From: a virus
Taxonomy: Duplodnaviria > Caudoviricetes
Length of the DNA stretch: 64,000 nucleotides
IMG/VR virus record: IMGVR_UViG_3300021400_000128
Location: 72,916-136,915 of that record
Strand: one strand, 5' to 3'
Positions 28,611 through 38,769 of the stretch are shown piece after piece. Numbering within the stretch: position 1 is the first letter of the stretch; every line of letters begins with the position of its first letter. Position numbers and translations under genes: made by a program. Below the pieces are notes generated by a model that was not told where the DNA came from, made no database searches, and worked only from the letters and a program-made list of their open reading frames with translations.

Positions 28611-29867
28611 TTAGCTTCGTGGGAGGAACGCCGAATTTCTTTTTTCAACAATGTAACTATTATTAGGTTGTATCAGTTTTAATTTCTTGTAACTGACTGA
28701 ACCATTATTTACCTTTGTTCCGTCCAAAGAACGGATGTCAAAATATCCACTATCTCGACGTCCAAATACAATATATGGCTTATCTTGATACACAACCATA
28801 TCGAACAACCGAAATCCCCTTACTTCGTGTGGAGCTTGATTTCTCTTTTTTGCCCCACCTTTCAAAAAATTACATTTGTGTATCTGCCTGTTGTGACAGC
28901 GAACTTTTCTGTAGAAAAAGACTTCACCGTTACTCTTCGCTGTAGGATTCCCGCTGATACACCGTGCATCGATGTAATGATCCTTTGGTAACCCATTCTC
29001 AATACGAGTATGTTTTGTGATATACCCATAAGTAAGATTCACGTTAAGATATGTCTGCTTCAGTTTTCCGTAAAATGCCCATCGCATGATTCCCATAAAA
29101 GCAGCATCTTTGAAACTCATACCGCGTTTAATTCTTTTCGGGAGATCAACTGTTCCGTTATGATATCCTTTATGACAGGTCTCACACAGCGTAATAAGAT
29201 TGTTCGGAGCATCTCCACCGGTTTTCCTTGATTCAATATGATGCACATTCAGAATCTTATCTTTTGACTTTCCTTTACAGCATTGACACTTATGACCATC
29301 CCTGTATAAAACATATTCACGCACATTCCAAAATCCTAACTGTTCACCCTGCTGATACTCTGCACCACTGATTTCAGGATTCTTGATTTTCTGAATATCA
29401 AATGAAGCAACCTCCACCATTATTTTTGAAACGGGTAGTATATTATGGATTCTCCGAATAAATGAAAGATGCGTGTCAACCTTCTGCTGTACTGAAGGTG
29501 CTAACCAGCCGTCTTTCCGCTTGCGGTTATCAAATCTTGCTTTGCGATAACGTAGTTTACGGTTCCGGCGAGAGCTTCTTTGTTCTCTCCGGGATGAAAG
29601 CAATTTCACGATATCGTTTCTTACTTCAACATTTGCTTCAAATAAGACTTTTTCTTTTGTTGTAGTAGAGATACCAATCACCTTTGATCCGGCATCGACG
29701 CCTAAAGTAACCTCCTGCGTATAATTTGTTGTTTCATACGCTAACTGTATTGTGAACGGACATTTCTTGATTACCTTTGCCTTATGCGACTTTAGGAGAA
29801 TACGCACTTTTGCATGGTTCTCTGTGGGCATTAAGGGCTGTCCGTTTGCGCTTATAACATAAACCAT
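28611..29867 (-). CDS. iscB: RNA-guided endonuclease IscB
   Basis: PLMP domain; LGVDAGS; Arg-rich bridge helix; VEVASFD; CQCC..VHHI..NLITLCETCH (HNH); HYIDA. Confidence 0.95.
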   Translation of the reverse strand: MVYVISANGQPLMPTENHAKVRILLKSHKAKVIKKCPFTIQLAYETTNYTQEVTLGVDAGSKVIGISTTTKEKVLFEANVEVRNDIVKLLSSRREQRSSRRNRKLRYRKARFDNRKRKDGWLAPSVQQKVDTHLSFIRRIHNILPVSKIMVEVASFDIQKIKNPEISGAEYQQGEQLGFWNVREYVLYRDGHKCQCCKGKSKDKILNVHHIESRKTGGDAPNNLITLCETCHKGYHNGTVDLPKRIKRGMSFKDAAFMGIMRWAFYGKLKQTYLNVNLTYGYITKHTRIENGLPKDHYIDARCISGNPTAKSNGEVFFYRKVRCHNRQIHKCNFLKGGAKKRNQAPHEVRGFRLFDMVVYQDKPYIVFGRRDSGYFDIRSLDGTKVNNGSVSYKKLKLIQPNNSYIVEKRNSAFLPRS

Positions 29868-29879
29868 ATTATCGTTTTC

Positions 29880-30159
29880 TCCTTTCCTAACTCTTTTCGA
29901 GTTAATAACTCACTCCGAAGAGCGGTAAGCATACCTTCGCCAATGTTATCCCAAGGTTTTGTATGTCTGCATCACTGTTCCTTCCTCACAGAACTGTTTA
30001 AACACAGACCGTAGTGTTCGGAATTAGGTATTACGTCCCGAAGTACCTATATATTCTCAGGTAACGTAGTGCTCATGGCACTTAGGCTATTCAATGTGAA
30101 TTGCTTTTCGGTTTTTGCCATCAGCAATCCCCGAAGCTTTAGCTTCGTGGGTCATTGAA
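29880..30159 (-). ncRNA. IscB omegaRNA (HEARO-type)
   Basis: TTCAA...TTGAATAGCCTAAG...ACTACGTT...TTTAAACAGTTCTG...AACATTGGCGAAGG upstream of iscB. Confidence 0.88.
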
Positions 30160-30234
30160 GATCCACTGTTCGTGACCGTTGGCGCAAGGTTCGCTGTTGA
30201 TGAATTCGATACCGATTTTTTTGAAGAAGTTCAT

Positions 30235-30372
30235 GAGTTGCCTCCGTTATTCAAATTGTTTGTTTAATCAACTTACATTATTTATTATATACGCTTTTAT
30301 ATATTTGTCAATGTATTTAATCATTTTTATTACATTGAATTATAAAGAAAAAACCGGGATATCCGGTTCTTC
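30235..30372 (-). promoter_or_regulatory. Terminator + early promoter cassette
   Basis: AACCGGGATATCCGGTT; TTGACA at 30306-30311; GAATAACGGAGG RBS. Confidence 0.85.
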
Positions 30373-30633
30373 TTATTTTTTATGGACAATTATTTAAATC
30401 AAATCTATTCTGTATTACATCACCGCTGTAAAATCAGCGATCCGCTTTCCTTCTGGTGAAAACAAAGCTCCTTTCGTCTCATCCAGGAAGTAACCTTGCC
30501 GTGTCAGTTTTTCTACTGCGTTTCCCTGAAAGTTTTTCGGCAGCAGCGCATCGATCCTTTTTTCATCACCGCTGCAGCTTGCCATCATGCCATTCATAAC
30601 GTAATATCGACCTCTCATTTTACACTCCTCTCG

Positions 30634-30936
30634 TTAGCCTTCATCTTCCGGCGGTTCCGGCACTTCGATCTTCATCCAATGCGTTATCTGTCCAGGCATC
30701 CCGTTATAGTACCAACCTGTAGACTTATATTCAACTTTGTCCCGATGAACTCTCGTACCATTATCATCAGTAAAATTGATTTCAGGTTCGATCATGACTT
30801 TCCCTATGTCATCTTTATTGTAAGAATCGACATCCACCTTTGTTGGATTATCAACAAGTATCACCCATACATCTTCACTTGTTTCCGGCAAATCAGCCGG
30901 ATTTTTCCGTAAATCATGCCATTTCTCTGTTATCAT
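30634..30936 (-). CDS. DUF551-like hypothetical protein
   Basis: KWHDLRKNPADLP...ITHWM. Confidence 0.6.
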   Translation of the reverse strand: MITEKWHDLRKNPADLPETSEDVWVILVDNPTKVDVDSYNKDDIGKVMIEPEINFTDDNGTRVHRDKVEYKSTGWYYNGMPGQITHWMKIEVPEPPEDEG

Positions 30937-30952
30937 TTTTTACTCCTTTTAA

Positions 30953-31738
30953 TTATGCGACTTTATTGTCAAGACGGTATTCTTCATAAAAATACAGCCT
31001 TGTTTCCCGACGACGTTTGTTATAGTTGTATGCGTTCTGAACAGATTCCAGTAAGCGATCAAAGCTTTGTGAATAGACAGTGTGCGGATCTGTGTTTTCC
31101 AGTGCTTCAATGATTTTGTCATGGTCGATTCCGTCATGTGTTTCACCGTATCGAATCAGATAGAAGATGACCTTGTTCTGAACACGAGCATGACCGCCGA
31201 ACTTTTTGAACACATTAATATATTTCTTGTGAATATTTAAACGAGCACAAACACGGATATAGTCTGCTTCCGTAAACTCCAGTTCACCATCACGGATTTT
31301 TTCGTATCCATCACCGGATGCCCCTTTTCCTTTGGCTGCCATGACAGTATCAAAGGTTACACCGAAATGTTTAATGATTTCCTGAACTCGCTGATAATCT
31401 TTTACTTTGGATTCTGCGTAGGATTTTACATAATCCATCGTGCTCCATCCCTTCAGGTTGCTGTTCATGGTTCGGCAGTCATTTAACCCTGCTGTATCAA
31501 CAATATGATATTCAACAGGTAGCCCGAGCCGTTTCAGTGCCTCCAAGCGTCCCTGACCGTCGATGACCTCAAATTGTTTATTAACGATGATAGGATTGGA
31601 AATCCATCCGATTTTTTCAATGGATTTAACAATATTCCTTACCCGTCTCTCTTCAACATCACGATTACCACGCATTTTATGAAATTTGTTATAGTCGTAT
31701 GTCTTGAAGATTTGATTATTTTCGACAACTGTATCCAT
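30953..31738 (-). CDS. ParB-like nuclease-domain protein
   Basis: TYDY.KF....GNR...PIIVN...VIDGQGRL; paralog of 33929-34780. Confidence 0.75.
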   Translation of the reverse strand: MDTVVENNQIFKTYDYNKFHKMRGNRDVEERRVRNIVKSIEKIGWISNPIIVNKQFEVIDGQGRLEALKRLGLPVEYHIVDTAGLNDCRTMNSNLKGWSTMDYVKSYAESKVKDYQRVQEIIKHFGVTFDTVMAAKGKGASGDGYEKIRDGELEFTEADYIRVCARLNIHKKYINVFKKFGGHARVQNKVIFYLIRYGETHDGIDHDKIIEALENTDPHTVYSQSFDRLLESVQNAYNYNKRRRETRLYFYEEYRLDNKVA

Positions 31739-32746
31739 CTGGTTTTCCTTTACTTTAAAATTGCTTTAAATTGGGCATTTTCAGGCGTTTTTCTTTTATA
31801 CCCTTATAACTTTACACTTGAACTATAAAACGCTCATATTTTTAATTCTGAGCTTAAATTTAGGCTTCTGTGATATATTTGAGCTTCCAGGATTGAAAAT
31901 GGTCTTCTTTGATATCATGCAAGAATCCATCTGAATCTAACAAGGTGATATATTCTTCTTTCATCTTGTCAAAACTGTAACCGTACACCAGGAACCAGCG
32001 ATCATCGTCAACGCCTTTTCCATAAACAGGTTTTCCAACCATTTCCTTCATTTCTTCAAAGGAGCCGATTTTCTTGAGCATTATTTTCCTTCCTTGTACG
32101 CGCCCCAACTGAATTTAACAAATCCATCTTTGAAGGCGATGTGCTTTCCGTATATACCCCATCCGTCTTTGTGATAGTGTGTTGGTTCTGTGTATCCTGC
32201 TGCAAGTGCATCCATTTGGCTGTTGAATACTTTATCAATAGTTACGCCCAAAAAACGTGGAGTTTTGACATAATCACCGACTTTCATAATCACCTCTCAA
32301 TTCCGATTGCATCCATGATTTCGCCAAGAATACCGAGCATCTCTGATGCTCTCTTGTGCTCATATTCCCAATAATGGGAATCATTCAAATCATCTTTATA
32401 TGAGCTGTATTTGTCTAATAACCATTGTTTTGTTTTTGCACTGATTTCGGTCATAATTCGATCTCCATTCCGAACACTGCCTTGTAGCCTTCTTCACTCA
32501 TTGGATAAACACGACCATCACGATGAAGCATTACAACACCTGGAAGCAATTCACCTTCGATGAAAATATCGCAAGCAAGGGCAATGGATTCGACTGCTTT
32601 ACAATGGTCAAAAGCTCTCATCGCCGTATCAAAATAACGCCAAGCTTTCCAGTTATAACCATTGATCCGGATATCTTTTTGCGCAATGCGCTCACAATTC
32701 TCAAGAAGTAATTCAAAATTGGTATCGTCCATGTCATTCTCCTTCT

Positions 32747-32774
32747 GCCGGGTACGAAGCCCCCGGCTTGGCTT
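32747..32774 (-). other. H-type RNA pseudoknot upstream of an RBS
   Basis: AAGCC-AA-GCCGGG-GGCTT-CGTA-CCCGGC. Confidence 0.6.
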
Positions 32775-33060
32775 TGGAAAAATGGTTATAATGCAGCAAG
32801 ATTTTTAGTCAACGAAGCACACGCTTCGGTAACACCGGCACCATCAGCAACCCATTGCCGATATTCAGCAGTCCATCCATAGGCATCCAGAATGCCATAC
32901 AGGATTTTGAGTTGAAGATTCAGCATGGAATCTTCTTCAGTGAAGTCCGCTGACACAAAAGTGTCATATACATAGTCGAAAAATTCGACCTTGCTCATCT
33001 TTTTTCCAAACATCGAAATCTGATTCATGACAACCTCCTAAACAGAAAAGAAAAGATTTG

Positions 33061-33088
33061 ACAACTGACCATGCCCGTCGTTGGGCAT
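33061..33088 (-). other. H-type RNA pseudoknot
   Basis: ATGCCC-A-ACGAC-GGGCAT-GGTCA-GTTGT. Confidence 0.55.
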
Positions 33089-33116
33089 TTTTCAAATTCA
33101 GTTGTCAAGGTTCACG

Positions 33117-33554
33117 TCAGGCAGTCACTTTGCGAAAGCTGACCGTCGGATTCCCGATCTTCTTGGCGATCCCGATTTCAGGGAATTGCTTTTCCAGCAC
33201 TTTAAGCGTTTTCCCGTCCCATGTCGTCTTACCGGACACCCAGCACGCCATCAGGGATTCACCCTTGACCGTCGCACCGCATTCAAGAACATCGTTCTTG
33301 ATTTCTGCTTCGAGCAGTCCGATCTGTTCGATCAGGTCGGCGTTCTTAGCTTCAAACTGTGCCATCAGTTCGTTATAGACGTTCCGAAGGTTGTTCAGGA
33401 CATCCAGCTTTTCTTCTGTTGTTACCTTTGTCGTTACGATTTGACATTCCTCATAATGGGGATTCTCTCTCGACAATGGCAATCCATTGAGCATAAAAGA
33501 GCTATCTCCGTGTGTCCCACGGTTCGTTTTTGTTACGATTTCGATGTTTTCCAT
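33117..33554 (-). CDS. Coiled-coil phage protein (Gam/Gp157-like) carrying an in-frame 99-bp omegaRNA insert
   Basis: C-terminal GKTTWDGK.L.....PEI...K.GNPTVSFR; roughly residues 9-38 derive from the omegaRNA. Confidence 0.6.
   Translation of the reverse strand: MENIEIVTKTNRGTHGDSSFMLNGLPLSRENPHYEECQIVTTKVTTEEKLDVLNNLRNVYNELMAQFEAKNADLIEQIGLLEAEIKNDVLECGATVKGESLMACWVSGKTTWDGKTLKVLEKQFPEIGIAKKIGNPTVSFRKVTA
33441..33524 (-). ncRNA. Immobilised TnpB omegaRNA copy inside a CDS
   Basis: 33458-33524 matches 52172-52238 at 66/67 nt; right-end hairpin shortened; no left end. Confidence 0.8.
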
Positions 33555-33714
33555 TGTTGCCTCCGTTATTCAAAATTCATCATTCAACTTACATTTATTA
33601 TTATACGAGTTTTTATATATTTGTCAATGTTTTTAATTATTTTTATTACATCTTTTTATTTATCGAAGTTATGACATTCCAGTTGAAAAATTAACCGGAT
33701 TATCTCCGGTTAAT
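33555..33714 (-). promoter_or_regulatory. Terminator + early promoter cassette
   Basis: TTAACCGGA..TCCGGTTAA hairpin; TTGACA at 33622-33627. Confidence 0.8.
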
Positions 33715-33928
33715 TCAATTTTCCTGATTTATGCGTTGTATTCAGCGTATTCGTTCATCAAGTCCAGATCGAGAATGGTTTCAAACACCCCGCAAAATTT
33801 GGTTTTGCATTCATTACCGATACTCGTATCTTCATTGATGATCCAGTTCCTGATAAAATAATCAGCCTTGTTGAAGAGAACGCTTTTTTCTGCTTCACTC
33901 ATAGAAATCAGCTCCATTCATTTTGAGA

Positions 33929-34780
33929 TTAGACACCTAACGCCATTTGTGCTGCCGTCATCGGGCTTAAATAGCTCTTATATCGTCCGAAACGTGTTTC
34001 TACCGCCTGGTTCCTGGGTGTCAGTTTGTAATCAGACCCGAATAGGATTTTCTCATTTCTTGCTCTGCCTTTGTTATAGATCCGTTCAAACGAATCCAGC
34101 AGGGATTGTGTATTCATCGTCGACAGATAGGTCGGTGTAGCTCGTTTGATAGCCGAACACAGCTTATTAACCACATCTTCATCGTAATGCTGCACAACAA
34201 ACAAGGATGCGGTTTCTTTTACGCTCTTATCACCCCTGAATCCGATTTCCGACATAGCGTCCCAGACTTCATAGACCATCGGGAGACGCTTATCTGCGCG
34301 ATCCTTGTGCTCTTTGGTGTAAATCAGTGTTCCATTCTGCATTGATGCTTTTGTGATGTCATTGGTGCTGATATTTGACGCACGCAGCACCAATTTATAA
34401 GAGGCAGAATATTTCTGCATGATTTCGTAAAGGCGGATGTAATTTTCATTTCCCCGCTCGATGTATGATAAGATGTAATCTGTCATCTTCCATTTCATGC
34501 TGTCATTCGCGTCTTGAACGTCATCAATTCCGCCTTTGATAACAAGGTAACGAACAGGAATGCCGACTGTCTGTGCTGCCTGAATCCGGTGTTGTCCATT
34601 GAGCACTTCAAGGTTCTCGTTGACAAATATCGGTCCAAGCCTCCAACCGTTTTTTGTCATATCTGCAACCAGTTCCTTCACACGGTTCGGGTTTACCTTC
34701 CGGTTTCCAACGATCCGCTTGAAGATCCCATAATTGTTAGTCTCATAAACTTCACCAACTTTTACATTCAAATTATCCAT
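33929..34780 (-). CDS. ParB-like nuclease-domain protein
   Basis: ETNNY..F....GNR...PIFVN...VLNGQHR. Confidence 0.75.
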   Translation of the reverse strand: MDNLNVKVGEVYETNNYGIFKRIVGNRKVNPNRVKELVADMTKNGWRLGPIFVNENLEVLNGQHRIQAAQTVGIPVRYLVIKGGIDDVQDANDSMKWKMTDYILSYIERGNENYIRLYEIMQKYSASYKLVLRASNISTNDITKASMQNGTLIYTKEHKDRADKRLPMVYEVWDAMSEIGFRGDKSVKETASLFVVQHYDEDVVNKLCSAIKRATPTYLSTMNTQSLLDSFERIYNKGRARNEKILFGSDYKLTPRNQAVETRFGRYKSYLSPMTAAQMALGV

Positions 34781-34803
34781 TATTCAAAATCCTTTCATTT
34801 TTT

Positions 34804-34830
34804 TCCGGGTTTATTCCCTCCGGATGGGAA
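34804..34830 (-). other. H-type RNA pseudoknot
   Basis: TTCCC-A-TCCGG-A-GGGAA-TAAAC-CCGGA. Confidence 0.6.
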
Positions 34831-35969
34831 AATTCACCTTATGCTGTTTTGCTGTTTGCTTTGATACTCAACAGCTCTTTTGCCCATTGCTCGCATTCTT
34901 TGCGGACACCATCGCGGTTCAGACCTTTTTCCCAGGAACAACCATCTGCGGAGTAGATGTTGTAGGTCTTCATCTGCTTGTTGGTCAGCGGATTCCACCA
35001 TTTTTCTTCAATTACGGTGATACCGTATTTTTCTTCAAGACCTTTGAATCCGTACATAATATCCTCCTTAAAACATCTCACAATCTGCAAACGAATCGTC
35101 TTGATCCGGTTCTGTATCTTGTTCGTCTTCTTCCGGTATCTCATCGAGCATATCCCAAATATCGCTTATCCTATTGAAGTAATAGTCATAGCTGATATCA
35201 CCGTTCATATATTCGTGTTTCAGTTCCGTCAATTCATCAAACCATTTCTGCTTATTGTCCATTATTTCAGCTCCAAGAAGTCAAAATCTTTTTTCTCAAC
35301 AAGACCAAGGATCTCCAAGGCGTTTTTCATTCCAAGGTAATATGACAGTTCACCGTCAAAATCGCTGAATGTACCGCCCTTTTCTTTGATGTCTCTGACA
35401 CGCTTCAAACTTTCATCTGCCAGGAAAAGGATTCTTTCCAGTGATTCAGTGTTGACCGTTGTGTTTCCGGTTGTTTCCATTTCCAGCTCCTTTCCTTTAC
35501 GCGTTCAGTCCGACACTGTAAGCGTTATTCTGAGCGAAGCGCAGACCCAGGTTATAAACTTTTCGCTGTGCACCGATTGTGCAGGGCATTTCTGACGTAA
35601 TCTGACGATCACCGTCATTGATGATGAAGTAATTATCGAAAACATCCGCACTGATGGATTTTTCGCCATCGGTAATCAGGAAATTCGCCATATAGCGATC
35701 AAAATTCTTGTTCGCAATCATCTGAGCATCGGTCATGCTTTTCAGAATTTCCTTTGCGGTTTTGAGCATATCTTCAAATGTCATCGTGTGCCTCCTCAAA
35801 ATAACTATCGCTGATTCAAAATGGTTGTTCGTTTTACCATCCGAGCCAGTCTTCAAATGCTCCGGCTGCTTCAATTTCTGCGTATTTCGCTTCGATGTAT
35901 TTTTCATATTCGTTATCAAATTCGTTATTCATTGTTGCCTCCGTGATTCAAATTAGCTCAAAAATGGTT

Positions 35970-35997
35970 CCCGGTGTTTTGCCCCACCGGGTAGGGC
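35970..35997 (-). other. H-type RNA pseudoknot
   Basis: GCCCT-A-CCCGGT-GGGGC-AAAAC-ACCGGG. Confidence 0.6.
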
Positions 35998-36031
35998 TGT
36001 CATTCTCAAATGAGCTTTCGCTCCGTGTGAA

Positions 36032-36268
36032 TTAGGCGATGCCCATGTATTCACGATCCCAACCAAGGGAAACAAGCTGCTTCAAGAGCTCACCGAATTT
36101 CCATTCGTATTCCTGAGCTTCTTCACGCCAACCTTCTGCAAGGCTGTTGTGTTCGGCTTCCAAGGTTTCAGCCATTTCATAGCATTCGCGGGCAGAGACC
36201 TGATAGAAATCAGCGTCCTGGAAAAGTTCGTTTTTGTTGATGGTGATGGTGTTGGTGTTGGTATTCAT
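36032..36268 (-). CDS. Acidic hypothetical early protein
   Basis: GAATCACGGAGG RBS. Confidence 0.65.
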   Translation of the reverse strand: MNTNTNTITINKNELFQDADFYQVSARECYEMAETLEAEHNSLAEGWREEAQEYEWKFGELLKQLVSLGWDREYMGIA

Positions 36269-36437
36269 AAGTGACCTCCGTGATTCAAAATGTTTGTTGT
36301 TTGTTTTCTTAACTATAATTATTTTATCACATGTACGGATACTTGCAATATGATAACATTCAAATTATGACATGACAAATACCATGTTTCCGTACTTGTA
36401 TTAATCATGTATAATTTTCTAAAAGGAATTAAGTGAT

Positions 36438-36776
36438 ATGAAAAAAAGAATTGGCTCCAAATTGTATGATACCGACACTGCGATACTTATCATTCCAGAG
36501 CAGAATTTATATCGCACTCAAAAAAATCAAACTTACTTTTTATTCGATGGTAATATCATCACTCCCTTAGATTTTGAAGAAGCTGAAAATATCATCAAAA
36601 AATATGGTTCAGCAGATTTGATAAATATGCTTAAGCGAAAACCTAATAAAAAAGGTCAGATTAGTGTTATGATTTCACCGTCATCCGCAGATCGCCTTTC
36701 CGCTTACTGCCGCCGTCACAAAACTTCCCAGAAAAAGGTAGTTGAAGAACTGATCGACACGCTGCCGGATGATTAA
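36438..36776 (+). CDS. YDT-motif protein with C-terminal ribbon-helix-helix
   Basis: MKKRIGSKLYDTDTA...QISVMIS...RL..YC....SQKKVVEELI; AAGGA RBS; paralog at 40484. Confidence 0.7.
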   Translation: MKKRIGSKLYDTDTAILIIPEQNLYRTQKNQTYFLFDGNIITPLDFEEAENIIKKYGSADLINMLKRKPNKKGQISVMISPSSADRLSAYCRRHKTSQKKVVEELIDTLPDD

Positions 36777-36832
36777 ATAGTCATTTGCAGCTAATTATTC
36801 TTATCAATAACAATTTATAATTATGGATAAAC

Positions 36833-37336
36833 ATGAATACACCATTATCAGGAATCGACATAGCAAGATATTTTCTTTTAAAAGACCCGACAAGAAAAGT
36901 ATTCAATAAAAGTGGGATCGAACACAGAGAGAATCGAATTTTCTATGCAGGAAATACGAGATTGAATGAATATCTGCATCTTGCTCAAAATTTATGGATC
37001 GCAAAAACCGGGCAAAAATTATTTTTTGATGATTTATACGCATTCGATAACGGAGCTATTGTGTACCCTGTCATGAATAAGTATTCGTTGATTCTTGAAC
37101 AAAATATTAAGCCTGAATTACCGGATAATGTTATTTCATTTCTCGATAAATTTTATGTAGCTTTTCAAAATGCTTCTTTAGATGAATTGATTGAATTATC
37201 TCATGAAGATAATGAATGGCAGATAAAACATCAAGGTCAAAAAATTCCGGATCAAAGAATGGATTCTTTAGCTCACATGGAAGAATATAAACAACAGTAT
37301 GCAGGTATTCTTGAAGTCTTGGAGCGTATGCCTTAA
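36833..37336 (+). CDS. Panacea/SocA (DUF4065) antitoxin-like protein
   Basis: DIARYFL...YLHLAQ......G..LF.DDLYAFDNGAIV..V...L.ELSHE..W. Confidence 0.75.
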   Translation: MNTPLSGIDIARYFLLKDPTRKVFNKSGIEHRENRIFYAGNTRLNEYLHLAQNLWIAKTGQKLFFDDLYAFDNGAIVYPVMNKYSLILEQNIKPELPDNVISFLDKFYVAFQNASLDELIELSHEDNEWQIKHQGQKIPDQRMDSLAHMEEYKQQYAGILEVLERMP

Positions 37337-37403
37337 ATTTTGCGTCAGAACGTTCAAATTTGAAGGGTTTTCCATCAGTATGTAAGTTTGTTCGCCCAGA
37401 TAA

Positions 37404-37438
37404 GAAAAAGCCCACAGTTTAACGCTGTGGGCTTAATT
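37404..37438. terminator. Bidirectional intrinsic terminator
   Basis: AAGCCCACAG..CTGTGGGCTT between convergent genes. Confidence 0.8.
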
Positions 37439-37454
37439 TTGATATTCTCGTGAA

Positions 37455-38612
37455 TTATCCAAGGAACATTTTGCAGCGGGTTAGAACGGTCTGCTTTTCA
37501 CCGTTGTATTCCTTATGATCCTTTACGATTCCGGTGATTTTCTTAGGAGCACCTTCGTAGTATTTACTTGCGAACCAAACAAGTGTGTTGTTATCGGTGG
37601 TGATGAATTTATATAATCTGCCAACACCAAAACGTGTCACAAATTCAGTTACAAGCTTTGCTTCCTTTATGTTTGCGGTGATTTTTTCACCGATATTGCC
37701 GATATAGCTGCTGTTTGCCTTTGCTTCATCCTGGAGCTGTTCTTGGAGCTGCTTTTCCTTCATTTGCTGATAAGCAATTGGCGCGAAAGCGATATAACCA
37801 AAAGCACGGCTCCTGATATATCCGCTCTGGATCATTGTCTTGACGTTACACAAGAAATCCGAAAGCTCATCATATTCCATAGCGGTCAGAACATCTTTCA
37901 TTTCGTTGGCCAGTTTCACGGATTCTTCTGACGGTTCGGATTTCCCGATTTCAATAAACAGCCGTGTTTTCGTACTGTTATCTTCACTTGACTTCACATA
38001 GCCATGTTCTTTGATAATATCATTAGCTGTTGCAATTGCTTTCAGTACATCGAAAGCGTATTCACCGCTGCCTTTGAAGTCATACTCGTCAATGTTGTAA
38101 TCATTTTCAATCAGGTCATGGATCTCCTGTGCTGCAACAATCATTTTCGGATCGATACCGCAGTAATCCTTCAGACAGGTTTTTCCCACCTGTTTGTACT
38201 GTCCTGATTCATCCTTCACAATGAAAGAAAAACGCTTTACATGGCGGCCATGGCAATGTTCGCAATACAGAGGCATTGTATACCAGGCAAGCTCGGCGGG
38301 GGATTCACCATCGAGCATCTTGACAATATTCTGCTCATGTCCAACTGCTTCGATCTGAGCAACAACCGTGTATCCTTCTTTACGGATGACATCGGATTCA
38401 ATATTGACTTCAATACCGAAAACCTTATCCTCACCGGTTTTCACCAGTGTATGAGTATCAGGGTTTACAGAGTAAAGGTTACGGGAAACCGTCACTTCTT
38501 CACCGAAGCTCCAACTGATCTGGTTGCCATAGGTCTTTGCCTTCTTGCTGAGTTTTTCGAGCTTCTTCTGAAGCTCATTCTTAACGATTGCGGGAATAAT
38601 GAATTTTGCCAT
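37455..38612 (-). CDS. Conserved large-phage protein (Zn motif + C-terminal OB-like domain)
   Basis: CEHC...KQVGKTCLKDY.G; YIGNIGEK...VKDHKEYNGEKQTVLTRC. Confidence 0.75.
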   Translation of the reverse strand: MAKFIIPAIVKNELQKKLEKLSKKAKTYGNQISWSFGEEVTVSRNLYSVNPDTHTLVKTGEDKVFGIEVNIESDVIRKEGYTVVAQIEAVGHEQNIVKMLDGESPAELAWYTMPLYCEHCHGRHVKRFSFIVKDESGQYKQVGKTCLKDYCGIDPKMIVAAQEIHDLIENDYNIDEYDFKGSGEYAFDVLKAIATANDIIKEHGYVKSSEDNSTKTRLFIEIGKSEPSEESVKLANEMKDVLTAMEYDELSDFLCNVKTMIQSGYIRSRAFGYIAFAPIAYQQMKEKQLQEQLQDEAKANSSYIGNIGEKITANIKEAKLVTEFVTRFGVGRLYKFITTDNNTLVWFASKYYEGAPKKITGIVKDHKEYNGEKQTVLTRCKMFLG

Positions 38613-38750
38613 GATTGCCTCCGTGATTCAAACTCAATTTCAACTTACATTTATTATTATATGCGTTATTTAATAATTGTCAATGTGTATCATTATTTTT
38701 ATTACATTTAATAATAATTAAAAAAGCCCGGTAAAAAAGTCGGGCTTTTC
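38613..38750 (-). promoter_or_regulatory. Terminator + early promoter cassette
   Basis: AAAAGCCCG..CGGGCTTTT hairpin; TTGACA at 38678-38683. Confidence 0.8.
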
Positions 38751-38769
38751 ACGTAAGGAGACTGATCTA

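Larger units (their letters stand above)
28586..30159 (-). mobile_element. IS200/IS605-type IscB element (low-coordinate boundary approximate)
   Basis: Identical end hairpins CCCCGAAGCTTTAGCTTCGTGGG at 28601 and 30129; interrupts ORF MNFFKKIG...HEQWI. Confidence 0.88.
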
